DNA from: an uncultured Planctomycetaceae bacterium
Lineage (GTDB): Bacteria; Planctomycetota; Planctomycetia; Planctomycetales; Planctomycetaceae
Assembly (NCBI GenBank): GCA_963976765.1
Contig: CAXBME010000007.1
Coordinates: 186,001-250,000, forward strand
Direction of reading: 5' to 3'
Length of the DNA: 64,000 bases
Shown: positions 28,026 through 39,790 of the stretch, in pieces
Position numbering within the stretch: the stretch's first letter is position 1
Layout: each line of letters begins with the position of its first letter
Program-made: the position numbers and the translations under genes
The notes under the pieces: generated by a model
Told to the model about the DNA's origin: nothing
The model's input: the letters and a program-made list of their open reading frames with translations, nothing else
The model's database searches: none

Positions 28026-28505
28026 TTAGCAGCGGGACACACACAACACCGTCAGCAGACGATGCGACTCGGCATGATCCCCAAGAAACTGTCGAGACGT
28101 TGAACGCCTTCCAGCAATGCTCGGAAACCTGAAGCATGTGGTGTCAGCGACGTCCCACACGTCAGCAATATCAAAAAGCAGATCTGCCGGGCCGACGCAC
28201 TGACCAGGCGGAACGAGGTGCTCGACAACTGGAGGCTCGTCATCATCACCATCTGCCGACACCGGGCATCCACCGCCTCGCAGAATCTCGTCAAGCATTG
28301 CGAAATGCAGATGCATCCGAGACTCACCTGCCTCATCATCGCTGTGCCATTCATCAAGGTGCCGGTTCAGTGTGAGCATCGAACCGATTGCTGAGTCCGT
28401 GTGTGCGGCCTTTTCGTGGCAGTGCAGCCAGGGCAACGGAGCTCGCCACAGCGACGCACACAGGCACACGAACGTCACTACTCGAAACACTGTTCGAGTC
28501 GTCAT
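28026..28505 (-). CDS. Small His/Asp-rich putative metal-binding exported protein
   Basis: Hydrophobic N-terminus, PWLHCHE, RHLDEWH, MHLHF, DGDDDE; upstream of czcB on the same strand. Confidence 0.7.
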   Translation of the reverse strand: MTTRTVFRVVTFVCLCASLWRAPLPWLHCHEKAAHTDSAIGSMLTLNRHLDEWHSDDEAGESRMHLHFAMLDEILRGGGCPVSADGDDDEPPVVEHLVPPGQCVGPADLLFDIADVWDVADTTCFRFPSIAGRRSTSRQFLGDHAESHRLLTVLCVSRC

Positions 28506-28816
28506 CGCCGCCTTTCGTTGCATTTTGCGTCGCCAGAGTGCCATTGCTCGAAATCTACTCCAGTTAATTCCAACGTTTCAGTCTTCTGAGCGGATCGGCG
28601 TTTCGTCAAGCTCTGGTGAATGCTTTTGTTAGCAATTTTGCCAATTGATACTCGGTCTTTGTCAGACTCTGTTCCGCAGCCCTTGAGCAGTGAGACGAAA
28701 TCTCACCGTCAGCAGTCCGAGCTAACGACCAGCGTGTCTTCGGCATCGATTGCACCGCCGGAGTCAGTACTTCAAAGTCTCCGAACGAGACTTACACCGA
28801 TCGTCGTTTCGGCTCA

Positions 28817-29467
28817 TCAATCCCGAGCGGTTCGAGGTTGCAGGACTTCGCTGATGACAAAGCCGGCGCGGACGATTTCGCGTTCGGTCAGCAGGCCCGT
28901 CAGTCTTGTGGACATGCCAGCTTCGACCGTCCAGCGTCCGAGCACGTCGAACATTTCTTCCAGACGCGATTCATCAAGGCCAAACTGGATTTTCAGTTCG
29001 CGAGAGTCGTCTGGCTGCATATCTTCAAACTGGCTGATCAGCAGGAAATCGCCTTCGTTAGCCAGTCGCAGATGCAGGTTCCGAAGTTCTCCAGGCAGAA
29101 ACGCGTCGACTTTGATTCGAGTCGTTCTGGGGCCGGTGATTAACGCGTGCGTGATGACGGTTGGTTCGTCTTCGGAGATCCGTGCCGCCGTTTCGCAGAT
29201 GGCGTAGATGATGCTTTCTTCTATTAACGTCGCTTCGAATTCCTGTTTCGAAACATGCCGGTGCCAGCAGTCGGCGAGCAGGTCGAGCTGCACATGCGGA
29301 GCGACCCCGCGCAGAAACGGAACCTCGGTCAGGTAACCGAAAAGTCCGTTGCCGTCATTGACCTGACGTGACAGGACAATCCGCTCAAGTGTCTCCTGAA
29401 ATGACACTCGAAAGGCTAGATAGGTCAGGTCAGAACCTGGTAGGAAGTCATCATCAATTTTGAGCAT
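28817..29467 (-). CDS. Conserved hypothetical protein
   Basis: Protein-like ORF (FGYLTEVPFL...VQLDLLA..W..H), no family recognised. Confidence 0.75.
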   Translation of the reverse strand: MLKIDDDFLPGSDLTYLAFRVSFQETLERIVLSRQVNDGNGLFGYLTEVPFLRGVAPHVQLDLLADCWHRHVSKQEFEATLIEESIIYAICETAARISEDEPTVITHALITGPRTTRIKVDAFLPGELRNLHLRLANEGDFLLISQFEDMQPDDSRELKIQFGLDESRLEEMFDVLGRWTVEAGMSTRLTGLLTEREIVRAGFVISEVLQPRTARD

Positions 29468-29845
29468 GGCGCGGATATGCTGTGCTGAGTGTTGATGAAA
29501 CTCAACCTGTTTCAGGAAAGCTGCCGAAGTTTGCCTCACGACCGGAGAAATCGTCGGAAGCAGTTGCCCAGACGGCAGGCACAGCCTCTTCGTCAGCTGC
29601 GAACATTCATGCCAGTCACGAATCGCTGGGGGTTGTTTCGCAGAAACTGATTGCAGGCAAATTCAGCTCCAGGACGGCTTGTCAGGAAATGCCGATGTGA
29701 ATGAGTAAACGAGCGTTCGAATTCGCTTCACGACGCATCGCCAATTCATGCGCATTTGGCACATCGTTCGTAAGAGCAATAAACGCCGGTCATTTCGGAT
29801 CTATTTTTTCGCTCGATCCTGCACAGACGAAAATTCAAGCGACTG

Positions 29846-30997
29846 TTACCGGCATTGCGCCTTCCAGCGGAGCCAGTGGTCGGCAAGGACGATCGCAACC
29901 ATCGCTTCGGCCATTGGTATGAACCGAGGAAGCAGGCACGGATCGTGACGGCCTTTGGTCTGGATCGTCGTCGGTTCAGCCGCCGACGTGACCGTTCGCT
30001 GCTCGATCGGAAGACTGCTCGTCGGCTTGACTGCGGCTCGAAGAACAATCGGCTGGCCCGTCGTGATACCACCGAGGATTCCGCCGTGGCGGTTTGATTC
30101 CGTCGAGATGCCGGGGCGTTTGGATTCGACCTTTGGGGGCTCATTGCTGCCCGCCGCAGAACCGTCGGCAGGCACAAACACATCGTTGTGCTCGCTGCCT
30201 CGCATCGTTGCGCAGCCAAAGCCGATTCCGTACTCGACTCCCAGCACGGCTGGCAATGTAAACAGTGCTTTGCCGAGGTCTGCTTTGATCTTGTCGAAAA
30301 CCGGCTCGCCCAGGCCAGCGGGGATACCGGTCGCGACAATCTCAGCGGCGCCACCGATTGAGTCTCCCGCACGTCGTACTTCGTCGATCAACTCGATCAT
30401 TTTCCCGGCAGCCACAACGTCCGGACAGCGGACAATGTTCGGTTCACCGTTCGGCAGCTTTTCAATCTGGTCGAGAGTTACCTCCGCCGGATTGGCGATC
30501 TCTGCTTTGATCGACCCCACCTGAACGACGTACGACAGAACCTGTCCACCGAACGCATCGGCGATAATTTTTTTGGCGACGACTCCGGCGGCGACTCGGA
30601 CGCTGGTTTCTCGAGCGCTGGACCTTCCACCGCCGCGATAATCCCGCAGGCCGTATTTGGCTTCGAAACCGAAATCGGCATGTCCAGGGCGGTATTTCTG
30701 AGCGATGTCTCCGTAGTCACGACTCCGCTGATCCTGATTTCGGATCAGGATGGCGAGACTCGTTCCCGTCGTCTTTCCCTCAAAAACTCCGGACAGAATC
30801 TCCGGAGTGTCGGACTCGTTCCGCTGCGTCACGATCCTGCTTTGACCGGGGCGACGGCGGCTGAGGTCCAGCTCGAAGTCGACCTGGGTCAACGGGATCC
30901 CGGGCGGAACTCCATCAATAATGACGACGTTGCCCGGACCGTGACTCTCGCCAGCGGTCGTAATTCGAAACAATTGTCCAAAAGTGTTGCCTGCCAT
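29846..30997 (-). CDS. aroC: Chorismate synthase
   Basis: TAGESHG, RRRPGQ, RPGHAD, GGGRSSARET, KPTSS, RHDPC. Confidence 0.98.
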   Translation of the reverse strand: MAGNTFGQLFRITTAGESHGPGNVVIIDGVPPGIPLTQVDFELDLSRRRPGQSRIVTQRNESDTPEILSGVFEGKTTGTSLAILIRNQDQRSRDYGDIAQKYRPGHADFGFEAKYGLRDYRGGGRSSARETSVRVAAGVVAKKIIADAFGGQVLSYVVQVGSIKAEIANPAEVTLDQIEKLPNGEPNIVRCPDVVAAGKMIELIDEVRRAGDSIGGAAEIVATGIPAGLGEPVFDKIKADLGKALFTLPAVLGVEYGIGFGCATMRGSEHNDVFVPADGSAAGSNEPPKVESKRPGISTESNRHGGILGGITTGQPIVLRAAVKPTSSLPIEQRTVTSAAEPTTIQTKGRHDPCLLPRFIPMAEAMVAIVLADHWLRWKAQCR

Positions 30998-31306
30998 GTC
31001 CGCAATTGTAGCTCGCAATTTGCAGTTGTCCTACCAGGGGGAAGCTCGAAATCTTCTCAATCATGACGAGACTTCTCGCGCAGCAGACGCGAATATCAAC
31101 AGGATGCTCCTGACCCCACTTTCAGGTTTGTAGCTACAGCGTTTACAGAGGGCTCATAAGCAAAGATTAATTGTGAAACCTTCTCTGTGGTCACTGTGTA
31201 CTCTGTGGCTTTGCTCGACCGCCCGGGTGTTCTGTCCGCTGCTTGAATTCGAGCGAGTCGACTACCAGGATGCCGCCACTTTTCCGGTGACAACATTGCC
31301 CGGCAG

Positions 31307-32032
31307 ATGAATGATTCGACATTCGTTTTTGCAGTTCGAGGAGTGGCGACGAAGGTGACTCAGCAGGAACAACCCATCGAATTTAAAGAGCCCCTTCCGG
31401 AAGGTGTGCAGGACCTAAGGCCTTGGTTTATAGCGGTTTATGATCTGCCTGAGCGTATTGACTGGTCGACGTTCTGGGGAAACGACAACCCGGTCGAGCT
31501 GGACGTTGGGTGCGGGCGAGGACTCTTTCTCCACAATGCAAGCGTCAAAAACGCCAACACCAACTTTCTGGGTCTGGAACTCGATTTCAAGGAAGGTCGC
31601 CGAGCGGCCAAGCGTGCCTGGAAACGGCAGGCTCCCAATGCTCGAGTCATCGGCGGAGACGCGACAGTCTCACTTCGCAAGCACATCGAGCCACACTCCG
31701 TCGACGCCGTCCACGTTTACTTTCCCGACCCCTGGTGGCGGAAGAAACATCGTCGTCGGCGGATTTTTACTGACGAATTTGTTGGTCTGTGTTCACGAGT
31801 GCTCAAGCCCGGCGGGATGCTGCATTCATGGACCGATGTGCCCGATTATTTCGAGGTCATTCAGGCACTCATGGACCACCACGACGATTTCGAAACAATG
31901 CCACCCCCGGAAGAACGGCTTCCGGAACACGACATGGACTACCAGACGAGTTTCGAAAGAAAGAAACGCAAGGAAGGTTTCCCGATTTCCCGCGGCTTGT
32001 GGAAGCGAATCAACGGAAACCTGCAAGAGTAA
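31307..32032 (+). CDS. trmB: tRNA (guanine-N7)-methyltransferase (start uncertain)
   Basis: LDVGCGRG, FLGLE, YFPDPWWRKKHRRRR, WTD, TSFERK. Confidence 0.93.
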   Translation: MNDSTFVFAVRGVATKVTQQEQPIEFKEPLPEGVQDLRPWFIAVYDLPERIDWSTFWGNDNPVELDVGCGRGLFLHNASVKNANTNFLGLELDFKEGRRAAKRAWKRQAPNARVIGGDATVSLRKHIEPHSVDAVHVYFPDPWWRKKHRRRRIFTDEFVGLCSRVLKPGGMLHSWTDVPDYFEVIQALMDHHDDFETMPPPEERLPEHDMDYQTSFERKKRKEGFPISRGLWKRINGNLQE

Positions 32033-32074
32033 ACGTACAGGCCCGCAGTTGGAAAACCAGAAAGAAATTGATCT

Positions 32075-32148
32075 GCCATAGAGAGCACAGAGACTACGAA
32101 GGATTCTTCAAGAGCCTCTTCTCTGACGTTCCCGGTGACCTCTGTGGC
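32075..32148. repeat. Intergenic imperfect palindrome with ~9-nt periodic arms
   Basis: GCCATAGAGAGCACAGAG...GTGACCTCTGTGGC; related half-site CTCTGTGGTCACTGTGTACTCTGTGGC near 31183-31209. Confidence 0.6.
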
Positions 32149-32447
32149 GAAAATCGCCGAGACTGTACTGGGACAAAAAGCGTATTCGCACCGGTGAATT
32201 CCGAGTGGACATCCCGTCTGTCGGGAATCAGTGACAAACTGGCGCAAACCTTTGCCAGTAAATCGGAAACGCTGGAGTCGGTCGCTGGAATTCACGATGA
32301 GATGCTGTCTATACTCCCGCCGCTTTCCTGCCAGATGGCTGGGAATCAGCACTGATTGACTGCCTCGGGACTGGCTCTGGAAACTCCGCCGTCGCCTTCA
32401 TCCGGGCAGATTTGAACGCAAACCTCTAATAGAAGCATGGTGGAGCG

Positions 32448-32648
32448 ATGCCAAAGCAAAAGACACACAAGGGAATCAAAAAACGCTTCAAGATCACGGC
32501 CTCCGGGTTGTCGACCAAGCGAAGCGCTTTTCGAGGCCACATCCTCAGCAAAAAGAGCGGCAAGCGGAAGCGAATGCTCCGTAAAGGCAGTCTGATCAGC
32601 GGAGCCGAGGCGAAGCACATTATCAATGCTCTTCGTCCGTGCTCGTAA
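32448..32648 (+). CDS. rpmI: 50S ribosomal protein L35
   Basis: [20 protein letters not shown]. Confidence 0.98.
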   Translation: MPKQKTHKGIKKRFKITASGLSTKRSAFRGHILSKKSGKRKRMLRKGSLISGAEAKHIINALRPCS

Positions 32649-32703
32649 GCCGAACTGCCCTTTTCACTCTTTGAAACAAAACATCTGCTGAGGAAATAAA
32701 ACA

Positions 32704-33063
32704 ATGAGAGTTCGATACGGAAAAGCACGTCACCGCGCGAAGAAACGACTGTTCAAGGAAGCAAAGGGCCGCCGAGGTGGTCGTGCCAAGCTGCTGCGAA
32801 CCGTCAAGGAAACAACACTCCGAGCACGAGCGTTCGCCTATCGTGACCGCCGCGTCCGCAAGCGAGACTTCCGGGCACTCTGGATCACCCGTCTGAACGC
32901 TGCGTGCCGCGAGCAGGGCTTGTCTTACTCGTCGTTCATTCATGGGCTGAAGGCCGCTCAGATCGAGCTGAACCGAAAGACGCTCAGCGAACTGGCCATC
33001 AACGAGCCTTCAGTTTTTGAAGAGATCGTCGCGTCAGTCAAAGAAGCGATTGCCAACGCGTAG
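32704..33063 (+). CDS. rplT: 50S ribosomal protein L20
   Basis: [33 protein letters not shown]. Confidence 0.99.
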   Translation: MRVRYGKARHRAKKRLFKEAKGRRGGRAKLLRTVKETTLRARAFAYRDRRVRKRDFRALWITRLNAACREQGLSYSSFIHGLKAAQIELNRKTLSELAINEPSVFEEIVASVKEAIANA

Positions 33064-33101
33064 AACGCAGGTCTGGCAACATGAGGAATCACTGACAAAC
33101 A

Positions 33102-33137
33102 TTGCCCACCTGGACGCTGTCCACGGTGGGCAGTTTT
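33102..33137 (+). terminator. Intrinsic terminator-like hairpin between rplT and pheS
   Basis: TTGCCCACC-TGGAC-GCT-GTCCA-C-GGTGGGCAG then TTTT. Confidence 0.6.
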
Positions 33138-33177
33138 GTAGACAGTCATCGACGCTTTGGCTCTGAGGAAACACGAG

Positions 33178-34191
33178 ATGGACTACGCGACCGCTTTTCA
33201 GGAATACGAACAGGCCGCTCTGGAAGCGATTGCTTCGGCAGCTGACGCCGCCGCGCTGGAAGACGTCCGTATCGAATTTCTTGGAAAGAAGAAGGGACGG
33301 TTGAAAGAGCTGCAGGCCGTCGTCGGTCAGGTTTCCGCAGAAGATCGCCCGGTCGTCGGCAAGGCATTTAATGAAGTCAAGACTCGAGTTTCGGACGCGT
33401 TCGAAGCTCGGAAGAAAGAAGTTGAACGTCCCAGGGCTGCGTTGTCGTCGCTCGACATCACGCTGCCAGGAACTCCGGTCAAACTGGGGAAGCGGCACCC
33501 GCTGACTCAGACGATGGAAGACTTCAAAGACATCATCGGACGTTTCGGATTTACTGTGGCTGACGGGCCGGAAATCGAAGACGAGTATCACAATTTCAAC
33601 GCGTTGAATATTCCCGACGATCATCCGGCTCGAGATCCGCTGGAAAACTTCTATCTGTCGGCAGCTTCGTATGCGACGGGTGGGCTGCCGGACAACCCGC
33701 GTCTGTTAAGAAGTCAGACGTCGACCGTGCAGATTCGCATGATGGAAACGACGAAGCCTCCGATTCGAATTGTGTCGCTCGGGCGCGTCTACCGTCCGGA
33801 CACGATCGACGCGACGCACTCCTGCATGTTCCATCAGATGGAAGGTCTGATGGTTGGGGACGATGTCACGATGGCTCAGCTGAAAACGGTGCTCCAGCTC
33901 TTTGCCACAACGTATCTCGGCCAGGACGTGCAGATTCGATTCCGTCCTTCGTTCTTCCCGTTTACAGAACCGTCTGTCGAAGTCGACATGGGCTGGGGGG
34001 ACGACTGGCTCGAAATTGGCGGGGCCGGCATGATCGACCCCAACGTCCTGCGAGCTGTCGGCTATAACCCGGACGAAGTCAGCGGCTTCGCCTTTGGGCT
34101 GGGCATCGAACGCTTCTGCATGAGACGCCACCAGATCACCGACATCCGCCGCTTCTACGAAAACGACGTCCGGTTTCTCTCGCAGTTTTAA
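33178..34191 (+). CDS. pheS: Phenylalanine--tRNA ligase alpha subunit
   Basis: [39 protein letters not shown]. Confidence 0.98.
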   Translation: MDYATAFQEYEQAALEAIASAADAAALEDVRIEFLGKKKGRLKELQAVVGQVSAEDRPVVGKAFNEVKTRVSDAFEARKKEVERPRAALSSLDITLPGTPVKLGKRHPLTQTMEDFKDIIGRFGFTVADGPEIEDEYHNFNALNIPDDHPARDPLENFYLSAASYATGGLPDNPRLLRSQTSTVQIRMMETTKPPIRIVSLGRVYRPDTIDATHSCMFHQMEGLMVGDDVTMAQLKTVLQLFATTYLGQDVQIRFRPSFFPFTEPSVEVDMGWGDDWLEIGGAGMIDPNVLRAVGYNPDEVSGFAFGLGIERFCMRRHQITDIRRFYENDVRFLSQF

Positions 34192-34263
34192 CGAGGGATC
34201 GACACAGCGACTCACAGTCTTTCTGGAGTGCAGAACGTCGGATCTGGTGTGCCGCCTTGATTC

Positions 34264-36714
34264 GTGACTGGCAAAAAGTGGATACTCAAGCTCCCGCCTG
34301 TCCGTGCCAATGCCCACCTGATAACGGAAACCGCTGTGAGAATTGCAGCCGCTTGTCGAACAGTCCGAGTTCTGCCGATCGTTCTCGGCGTTTTGTTTGG
34401 TTGGATGAACGCAGTTTCGGCAGCGGACAAGTCGACGATCTCGCCGGAAGACCGGGCGTTTTTCGAGAACAGGATCCGACCGGTACTTGTGAAGCATTGC
34501 TACGAGTGTCACTCGGCAGATGCTGAAGAAGTCGGCGGCAAGCTGCTGTTGGACACTCGTGACGGACTTCGGAGTGGTGGAGAGTCTGGTCCGGCTGTTG
34601 TCGCCGGGAAACCGGACGAAAGTCGCATCATCCAGGCGATGCGTTACGACGGCATCGAAATGCCGCCGGAGCAACCACTGCCGGAAGCTGTTGTCAACGA
34701 CTTTGTGAAATGGGTGCAGCGTGGTGCGCCCGATCCTCGTGTGCCGGTCGCAAGGCCTGATGCAAAGACGGTCGAAGGAGCAAAGGCTGCTGCCGACAAG
34801 GAAGATGATAAACCACCGCTGTGGTCGCTTCAGCCGAGGACTCAACCGGCAATCCCCAACGTAAAGAATCTGGACTGGTCGCTGGATCCGCTCGACCGTT
34901 TTGTGCTGGCTCGACTCGAATCGGAGAACCTGGCGCCGACGCATGATGCCGATCCTCGAACGCTCATTCGGCGGCTGTACGCCGATCTGCTCGGGTTGCC
35001 ACCAACCATGGACGATGTTGAGGAATTCGTTTCGGAGTATGGACGCGATCGAGTGAAGGCGGTGCAGACTGTCGTTGACGATCTGCTGGCGCGACCGCAG
35101 TTTGGCGAGCGCTGGGGGCGGCACTGGCTGGACGTTGCCCGTTACGGTGAGTCGAACGGCAACGACGGCCTTGGGCGAAACCCCACGTTCCCACACGCCT
35201 GGCGGTATCGCGATTACGTGATCGATGCCTTTAACAACGATGTGCCTTACGACCGCTTTCTCACCGAACAGATCGCGGGCGATCTGTTGCCGAGTGATTC
35301 GCCCGCCGAACATGACCGTTACCTGATCGCGACGGGCTTCCTGGCAATGGCATCGAAACCGGCCAAAGCAATGAATACGAATTTCGACATGGATGTCGTG
35401 GCTGATCAGATCGAAGTTGTCGGTACGGGACTCATGGGGATCAGCGTCGCCTGTGCTCGCTGTCACGATCACAAGTTTGATCCGATCCCGACTCGCGACT
35501 ACTACGCCCTGGCTGGCATTTTCACGAGCACGGAGACGATGTGGGGCCTCGCCGCCAACGAAAAGTTGACAGCATCACCAACGGATTTGCATGTTCTGAA
35601 AGCGGCTCCAAAAGTTTTGCCGCCGGCTGATTTTGTCGAAACCGTGCTGGTTCTTGAATCGAACACCGGAGTCCCGAAAGCCATTCCCAAACCGAAGTGG
35701 CCGGTGGGAACTCCTCTGGCCATCGGGGTACGAGACAAAGCCAAACCTGCTGACTGCAAAATCAACGTTAAAGGCGACGCAAAGAAACTCGGCGAGGTCG
35801 TCCCTCGTGGATTTGTCACGGCGTGCAAAACAGAGTCGACCAATGCACTGACGATTGACCCGAAGCAAAGCGGTCGTCTGCAGCTGGCCGAATGGCTGAC
35901 GCAACCGGACCACCCGCTGACCGCAAGGGTTATGGTCAATCGAATCTGGCTGCACCTGTTCGGCCAGGGAATCGTTCGCACGCCGGATGACTTCGGAGTC
36001 TACGGTGAGCGGCCATCACATCCGGAATTGCTCGACCACCTGGCCAACCGTTTTGTCGAAGACGACTGGTCAATCAAGCATCTGATTCGAAGCATCGTTC
36101 TCAGCCGTACTTACCAGCTGAGCAGTGACGCATCAGAGAAAGTGCTCAAGGCCGACGGCGAGAATCTTCTCGTGGCCCGCCACAACCGCCGTCGTCTCGA
36201 CGCGGAATCGCTTCGTGACAGCATGCTCGCGGTCAGTGGTCGGCTGAATCTTGAACCCGCTGACGGATCAATCATTCGGCATCGGGATATCCTGGTGAAT
36301 CTCGCCGGGAATCTTCATCAGTCAAGCAACCACCGCAGTGTCTACCTTTGTTACCTGCGAAGTTCTTTGCCTCCCGAGCTGGCCGCCTTCGACGTGCCGG
36401 ACTTTACGACAGTCACTGGGCAGCGAGATGTCAGCACGATTCCGGGACAGGCTCTACACTTATTCAACAATCTGTTTGTGATCGAGCAGGCGGAACACTT
36501 TGCTCAATCGATGATGGAAGACTCCACAAACGACAGTGATCGAGTTCGTTTGGCTTTTCGACGCGCATTGAATCGTGAACCGAATCAGAATGAACTCGAC
36601 CAGGCGATTGAACTTCTGCAATCAACTACGAGCGAGTTGAAGTCCGATAAGAAGGCGTGGAGCAGTTTGTGCCAGGCGTTGCTGACTACCAACGAATTCC
36701 GCTACGTCGATTAA
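34264..36714 (+). CDS. Planctomycete cytochrome c + DUF1549 + DUF1553 protein (true start probably somewhat downstream)
   Basis: [60 protein letters not shown]. Confidence 0.93.
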   Translation: MTGKKWILKLPPVRANAHLITETAVRIAAACRTVRVLPIVLGVLFGWMNAVSAADKSTISPEDRAFFENRIRPVLVKHCYECHSADAEEVGGKLLLDTRDGLRSGGESGPAVVAGKPDESRIIQAMRYDGIEMPPEQPLPEAVVNDFVKWVQRGAPDPRVPVARPDAKTVEGAKAAADKEDDKPPLWSLQPRTQPAIPNVKNLDWSLDPLDRFVLARLESENLAPTHDADPRTLIRRLYADLLGLPPTMDDVEEFVSEYGRDRVKAVQTVVDDLLARPQFGERWGRHWLDVARYGESNGNDGLGRNPTFPHAWRYRDYVIDAFNNDVPYDRFLTEQIAGDLLPSDSPAEHDRYLIATGFLAMASKPAKAMNTNFDMDVVADQIEVVGTGLMGISVACARCHDHKFDPIPTRDYYALAGIFTSTETMWGLAANEKLTASPTDLHVLKAAPKVLPPADFVETVLVLESNTGVPKAIPKPKWPVGTPLAIGVRDKAKPADCKINVKGDAKKLGEVVPRGFVTACKTESTNALTIDPKQSGRLQLAEWLTQPDHPLTARVMVNRIWLHLFGQGIVRTPDDFGVYGERPSHPELLDHLANRFVEDDWSIKHLIRSIVLSRTYQLSSDASEKVLKADGENLLVARHNRRRLDAESLRDSMLAVSGRLNLEPADGSIIRHRDILVNLAGNLHQSSNHRSVYLCYLRSSLPPELAAFDVPDFTTVTGQRDVSTIPGQALHLFNNLFVIEQAEHFAQSMMEDSTNDSDRVRLAFRRALNREPNQNELDQAIELLQSTTSELKSDKKAWSSLCQALLTTNEFRYVD

Positions 36715-36792
36715 GCTAAGGTTGAGTTCGCCGCTGGCCGCAATTGGCTGTCGGACATGTTTGAAAAACCGTCCTGCAAACGGGATCTGACG

Positions 36793-38142
36793 ATGAATTT
36801 TTCACGCCGAGCAATGCTTCAGTCAACTTCGTGTGGTTTCGGTGCGCTCGCTCTGAATGCCTTGTGCAGCGAGCAAGTCGTCGCTTCGTCTGGGGGCGGA
36901 CTTGAAACGCGGACGCCAGTGCTGGCTGCTCGTGCAAAGCGTGTGATCTTTCTTTGTATGAGCGGAGGGCCGGCTCATCTCGACACTTTCGATTACAAGC
37001 CGCAGACCGGCCAGAAGAAACATCCGGGTTCGGTATTTCGGTTTCGTCAGCATGGAGAAAGCGGACTCGGCATTTCGGAACTGCTGCCCGAGACTGCGAA
37101 ATTCGCGGACGACCTATGCGTCATCAACGGCATGCACGCTGACACGGGAATCCACGCACAGTCGTTTCTGCAGCTTCACACGGGTGACAGATTGCGCAAG
37201 CGACCGAGTCTTGGATCGTGGATCAGCTACGGACTCGGCACAGAGAACCAGAACCTGCCGGGCTTTATCAGCCTGAACACGTCGAAGAGTTCGATTTATT
37301 CCAGTGCGTTTCTGCCGTCGATTTACAACGGGACTCCGATCGGCGTGAATGGCGAAAATATGAGTTTCGCCACGATCAACAATGTGAGCAGCGACCATCT
37401 TCCGCTGTCGAGCAAGCGACGACAGCTGGACTTTGTGCAGATGATGAATCGGAATCATCGGAAGCTGCGACCAGGCGATGACAAACTCGAAAGCGTCATC
37501 GAGTCGATGGAGCTGGGGTTCCGCATGCAGTCGGTCGCGCCCGATCTGCTTGACATCTCGACCGAAACGAAAGCGACTCTCGAAAGCTACCGGGTTGGTC
37601 AGCAGAAAGAATCAACGGGAACGTGCAAAGTTTCTGACTTTGGTCGGCAATGTCTGTTGGCTCGCCGGTTTGCAGAAGCTGGCGTGCGATTCATCGAGGT
37701 CAGTCATGGCAGCTGGGATCAGCACAAGAATCACCGCCGTGATCTGAAAGCAAACTGTGAAGTAACCGACGCTCCAATCGCAGCCCTGCTTGGCGATCTC
37801 AAACAACGCGGCCTGCTGGACGACACACTGATCGTCTGGGGCGGAGAGTTCGGTCGACCCGGACTGACGCCCGAAGACGGCAAAGATGAAACCGGGCATA
37901 ACTCCAACGGCTTCACGTTCTGGTTAGCTGGAGGTGGTGTTAAGCGGGGGCACGTTCATGGCAAGACCGATCCGACAGGTGCTCGCGCCGTTGAAGGCAA
38001 AGTCCACTTTCGAGATTTGCACGCCACAATCCTGCACCTGATGGGCCTGCCACCGAACGATCTCAAATACTGGCACGCTGGTCGGGAGCATCGTCTGACA
38101 GGCCCCGAAGGCGGCAAAGTTGTCCATGAACTCTTTGCCTGA
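36793..38142 (+). CDS. DUF1501 family protein (Tat-like SRR leader)
   Basis: [45 protein letters not shown]. Confidence 0.93.
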   Translation: MNFSRRAMLQSTSCGFGALALNALCSEQVVASSGGGLETRTPVLAARAKRVIFLCMSGGPAHLDTFDYKPQTGQKKHPGSVFRFRQHGESGLGISELLPETAKFADDLCVINGMHADTGIHAQSFLQLHTGDRLRKRPSLGSWISYGLGTENQNLPGFISLNTSKSSIYSSAFLPSIYNGTPIGVNGENMSFATINNVSSDHLPLSSKRRQLDFVQMMNRNHRKLRPGDDKLESVIESMELGFRMQSVAPDLLDISTETKATLESYRVGQQKESTGTCKVSDFGRQCLLARRFAEAGVRFIEVSHGSWDQHKNHRRDLKANCEVTDAPIAALLGDLKQRGLLDDTLIVWGGEFGRPGLTPEDGKDETGHNSNGFTFWLAGGGVKRGHVHGKTDPTGARAVEGKVHFRDLHATILHLMGLPPNDLKYWHAGREHRLTGPEGGKVVHELFA

Positions 38143-38512
38143 AACGAGTCGCGCGAGCGTCCACTGAGACGAGTCTCACTCAGTAGCGACGCTGCAACAG
38201 CTTCCGTGCTTCAAAACTGAAACGCTTCCCGTTCAGCGGGTTCCGGGAACTCTGTGACACACCAGCCATCGTCGTCGCAGGCATCGTTTGATGTATCGAG
38301 GCGCACTGCGCGGAGATTGGCGGCGGTCGTTGTTTTCTTTGGTAAAATCGTGTTGACAGTCTTGAACAACCGCCGATAAACATCCCGCCTCATCACGTGT
38401 CTACACACGTTGCCCGTCCTGGGCTCGGCACCGCCGGCACTCCTCGCCTGACTCAATCCTGAACGGTGTCGCACTTCCCAACCTGCAATTTGAACTGTCG
38501 GAGACTTCAGCA

Positions 38513-39361
38513 ATGAGGATGCGGCCTCTCTGCGCTCTCGCCCTGTTTTCAGCGTTCCTGCTTCCCGCCTCTGTCAGTGCTCAGGCACCAGCGGGCGTCG
38601 CACGAGTCGATTCCGACACCTATTTCGACACATCGGAATCCAGCTGGGGATACCACAGCAATCAGAACAGTTTCGCTGAGTACCCCGTGGCGCAGCCAGC
38701 CTACCAGAATGATTCATCGTGGAGCGATAACCATCTGTCAGGACTGCAAAGCAGCAATGGAGGACTCCTCGGCAAGACCTACATTCGAGGAGGAATGCTT
38801 TATCAAAGGGTCGACGATGAGTTGCTGGCAAGTGTTGATGATTCATTGGTCGGATGGGATGTCGAATTCAATACGCCAATTCCATGGTTCACTTTTGATG
38901 AGTTTGGGGTCGATTTTTTCGCGATGCACGAGCAGGATCGCACCTCGGGAAGCAACGCATTGTCCGGTGTGTCGATCTCGGTTGACCAGAATGTCACGAC
39001 AATCGGCGGCAGATTCTTTGGGTATCCGAAGTCCAGATTTCGTCCATACGCTGCGGTAGGAGTCACCATCGTGGACTATGACGCCAGCGCCAGCGGCCCG
39101 GGCGGAAGCGTTCAGGTTTCTGAGGTCGACACCGCCCTGGCTGTCAATCTTGGACTCGAAGTTGACCTCGCAGCAAATGCAGCCCTTCGAGCTGATCTGG
39201 AACTCGGCAGAGGCATCGATACCGTTGAACCAAAGATGCGAGGGCTTCTGATCGTGTGGCCGCAAGAGAACTTTTTTATTCAAGGAGGGATTCTCGTCCC
39301 ACTCCATGACGCGGATCTTGGTGTTGGCGCGACAGTCGGTGGCGGTTTGGCCTTTCGATAG
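38513..39361 (+). CDS. Outer-membrane beta-barrel protein (OmpA/OmpW-like 8-strand type)
   Basis: Signal peptide (VSA|Q); alternating beta strands, FRPYAAVG, C-terminal GLAF. Confidence 0.75.
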   Translation: MRMRPLCALALFSAFLLPASVSAQAPAGVARVDSDTYFDTSESSWGYHSNQNSFAEYPVAQPAYQNDSSWSDNHLSGLQSSNGGLLGKTYIRGGMLYQRVDDELLASVDDSLVGWDVEFNTPIPWFTFDEFGVDFFAMHEQDRTSGSNALSGVSISVDQNVTTIGGRFFGYPKSRFRPYAAVGVTIVDYDASASGPGGSVQVSEVDTALAVNLGLEVDLAANAALRADLELGRGIDTVEPKMRGLLIVWPQENFFIQGGILVPLHDADLGVGATVGGGLAFR

Positions 39362-39435
39362 TGCAGGGAACTGATCGTCGACATCGAGAAGTTCTTCGAA
39401 CGTCAGCACGATCAGCAGTGTGAAAGGACGTCGCG

Positions 39436-39766
39436 ATGGAACGCCTCTTTCTGTATTTAGTCTTAAACCGGCGTTCTGGCTGGTTGTGCGGCCTCCGGCT
39501 ACTCGACAGTCGCTGACGGGCAACTGGAACATGACATCCTGAAGACGATCGTTGCGCACGGAAGTGGGACTAACCGAAACTTCAATTACGTCGGCGTATC
39601 GAAGAAACCTGTGCAAGGCCCGCCTGGATCCGTATGCGAACTCTGGTCGATCCGCGAAAAGTGGACCGACCGTTTTGTACATTACCACGTAACAATGACC
39701 TCCGACGGAAACGGCGACACCGACTTCTCCATTCAGGAAGTCGAAGCAACCGGCGACTCTTTATGA
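39436..39766 (+). pseudogene. Small lipoprotein gene with a +1 frameshift in the signal peptide (absent from the ORF track)
   Basis: AAAGGA RBS + ATG 39436 gives MERLFLYLVL; after one extra A at ~39466 it reads TGVLAGC (lipobox) AASGYSTVADGQLEHDIL...VTMTSDGNGDTDFSIQEVEATGDSL* to TGA 39766. Confidence 0.75.
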
Positions 39767-39790
39767 AGTGCGCTGGTGGCTCAAGCGAGG

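Noticed and set aside
33081..33095. Mini-ORF MRNH before pheS as a pheM-like attenuator leader
   Set aside because: Contains no Phe codons
33706..35472. 588-aa minus-strand ORF
   Set aside because: Antisense to pheS and the DUF1549 gene; no recognisable features
38843..39688. 281-aa minus-strand ORF
   Set aside because: Antisense to the beta-barrel gene and to the frameshifted lipoprotein gene, which explain the region better
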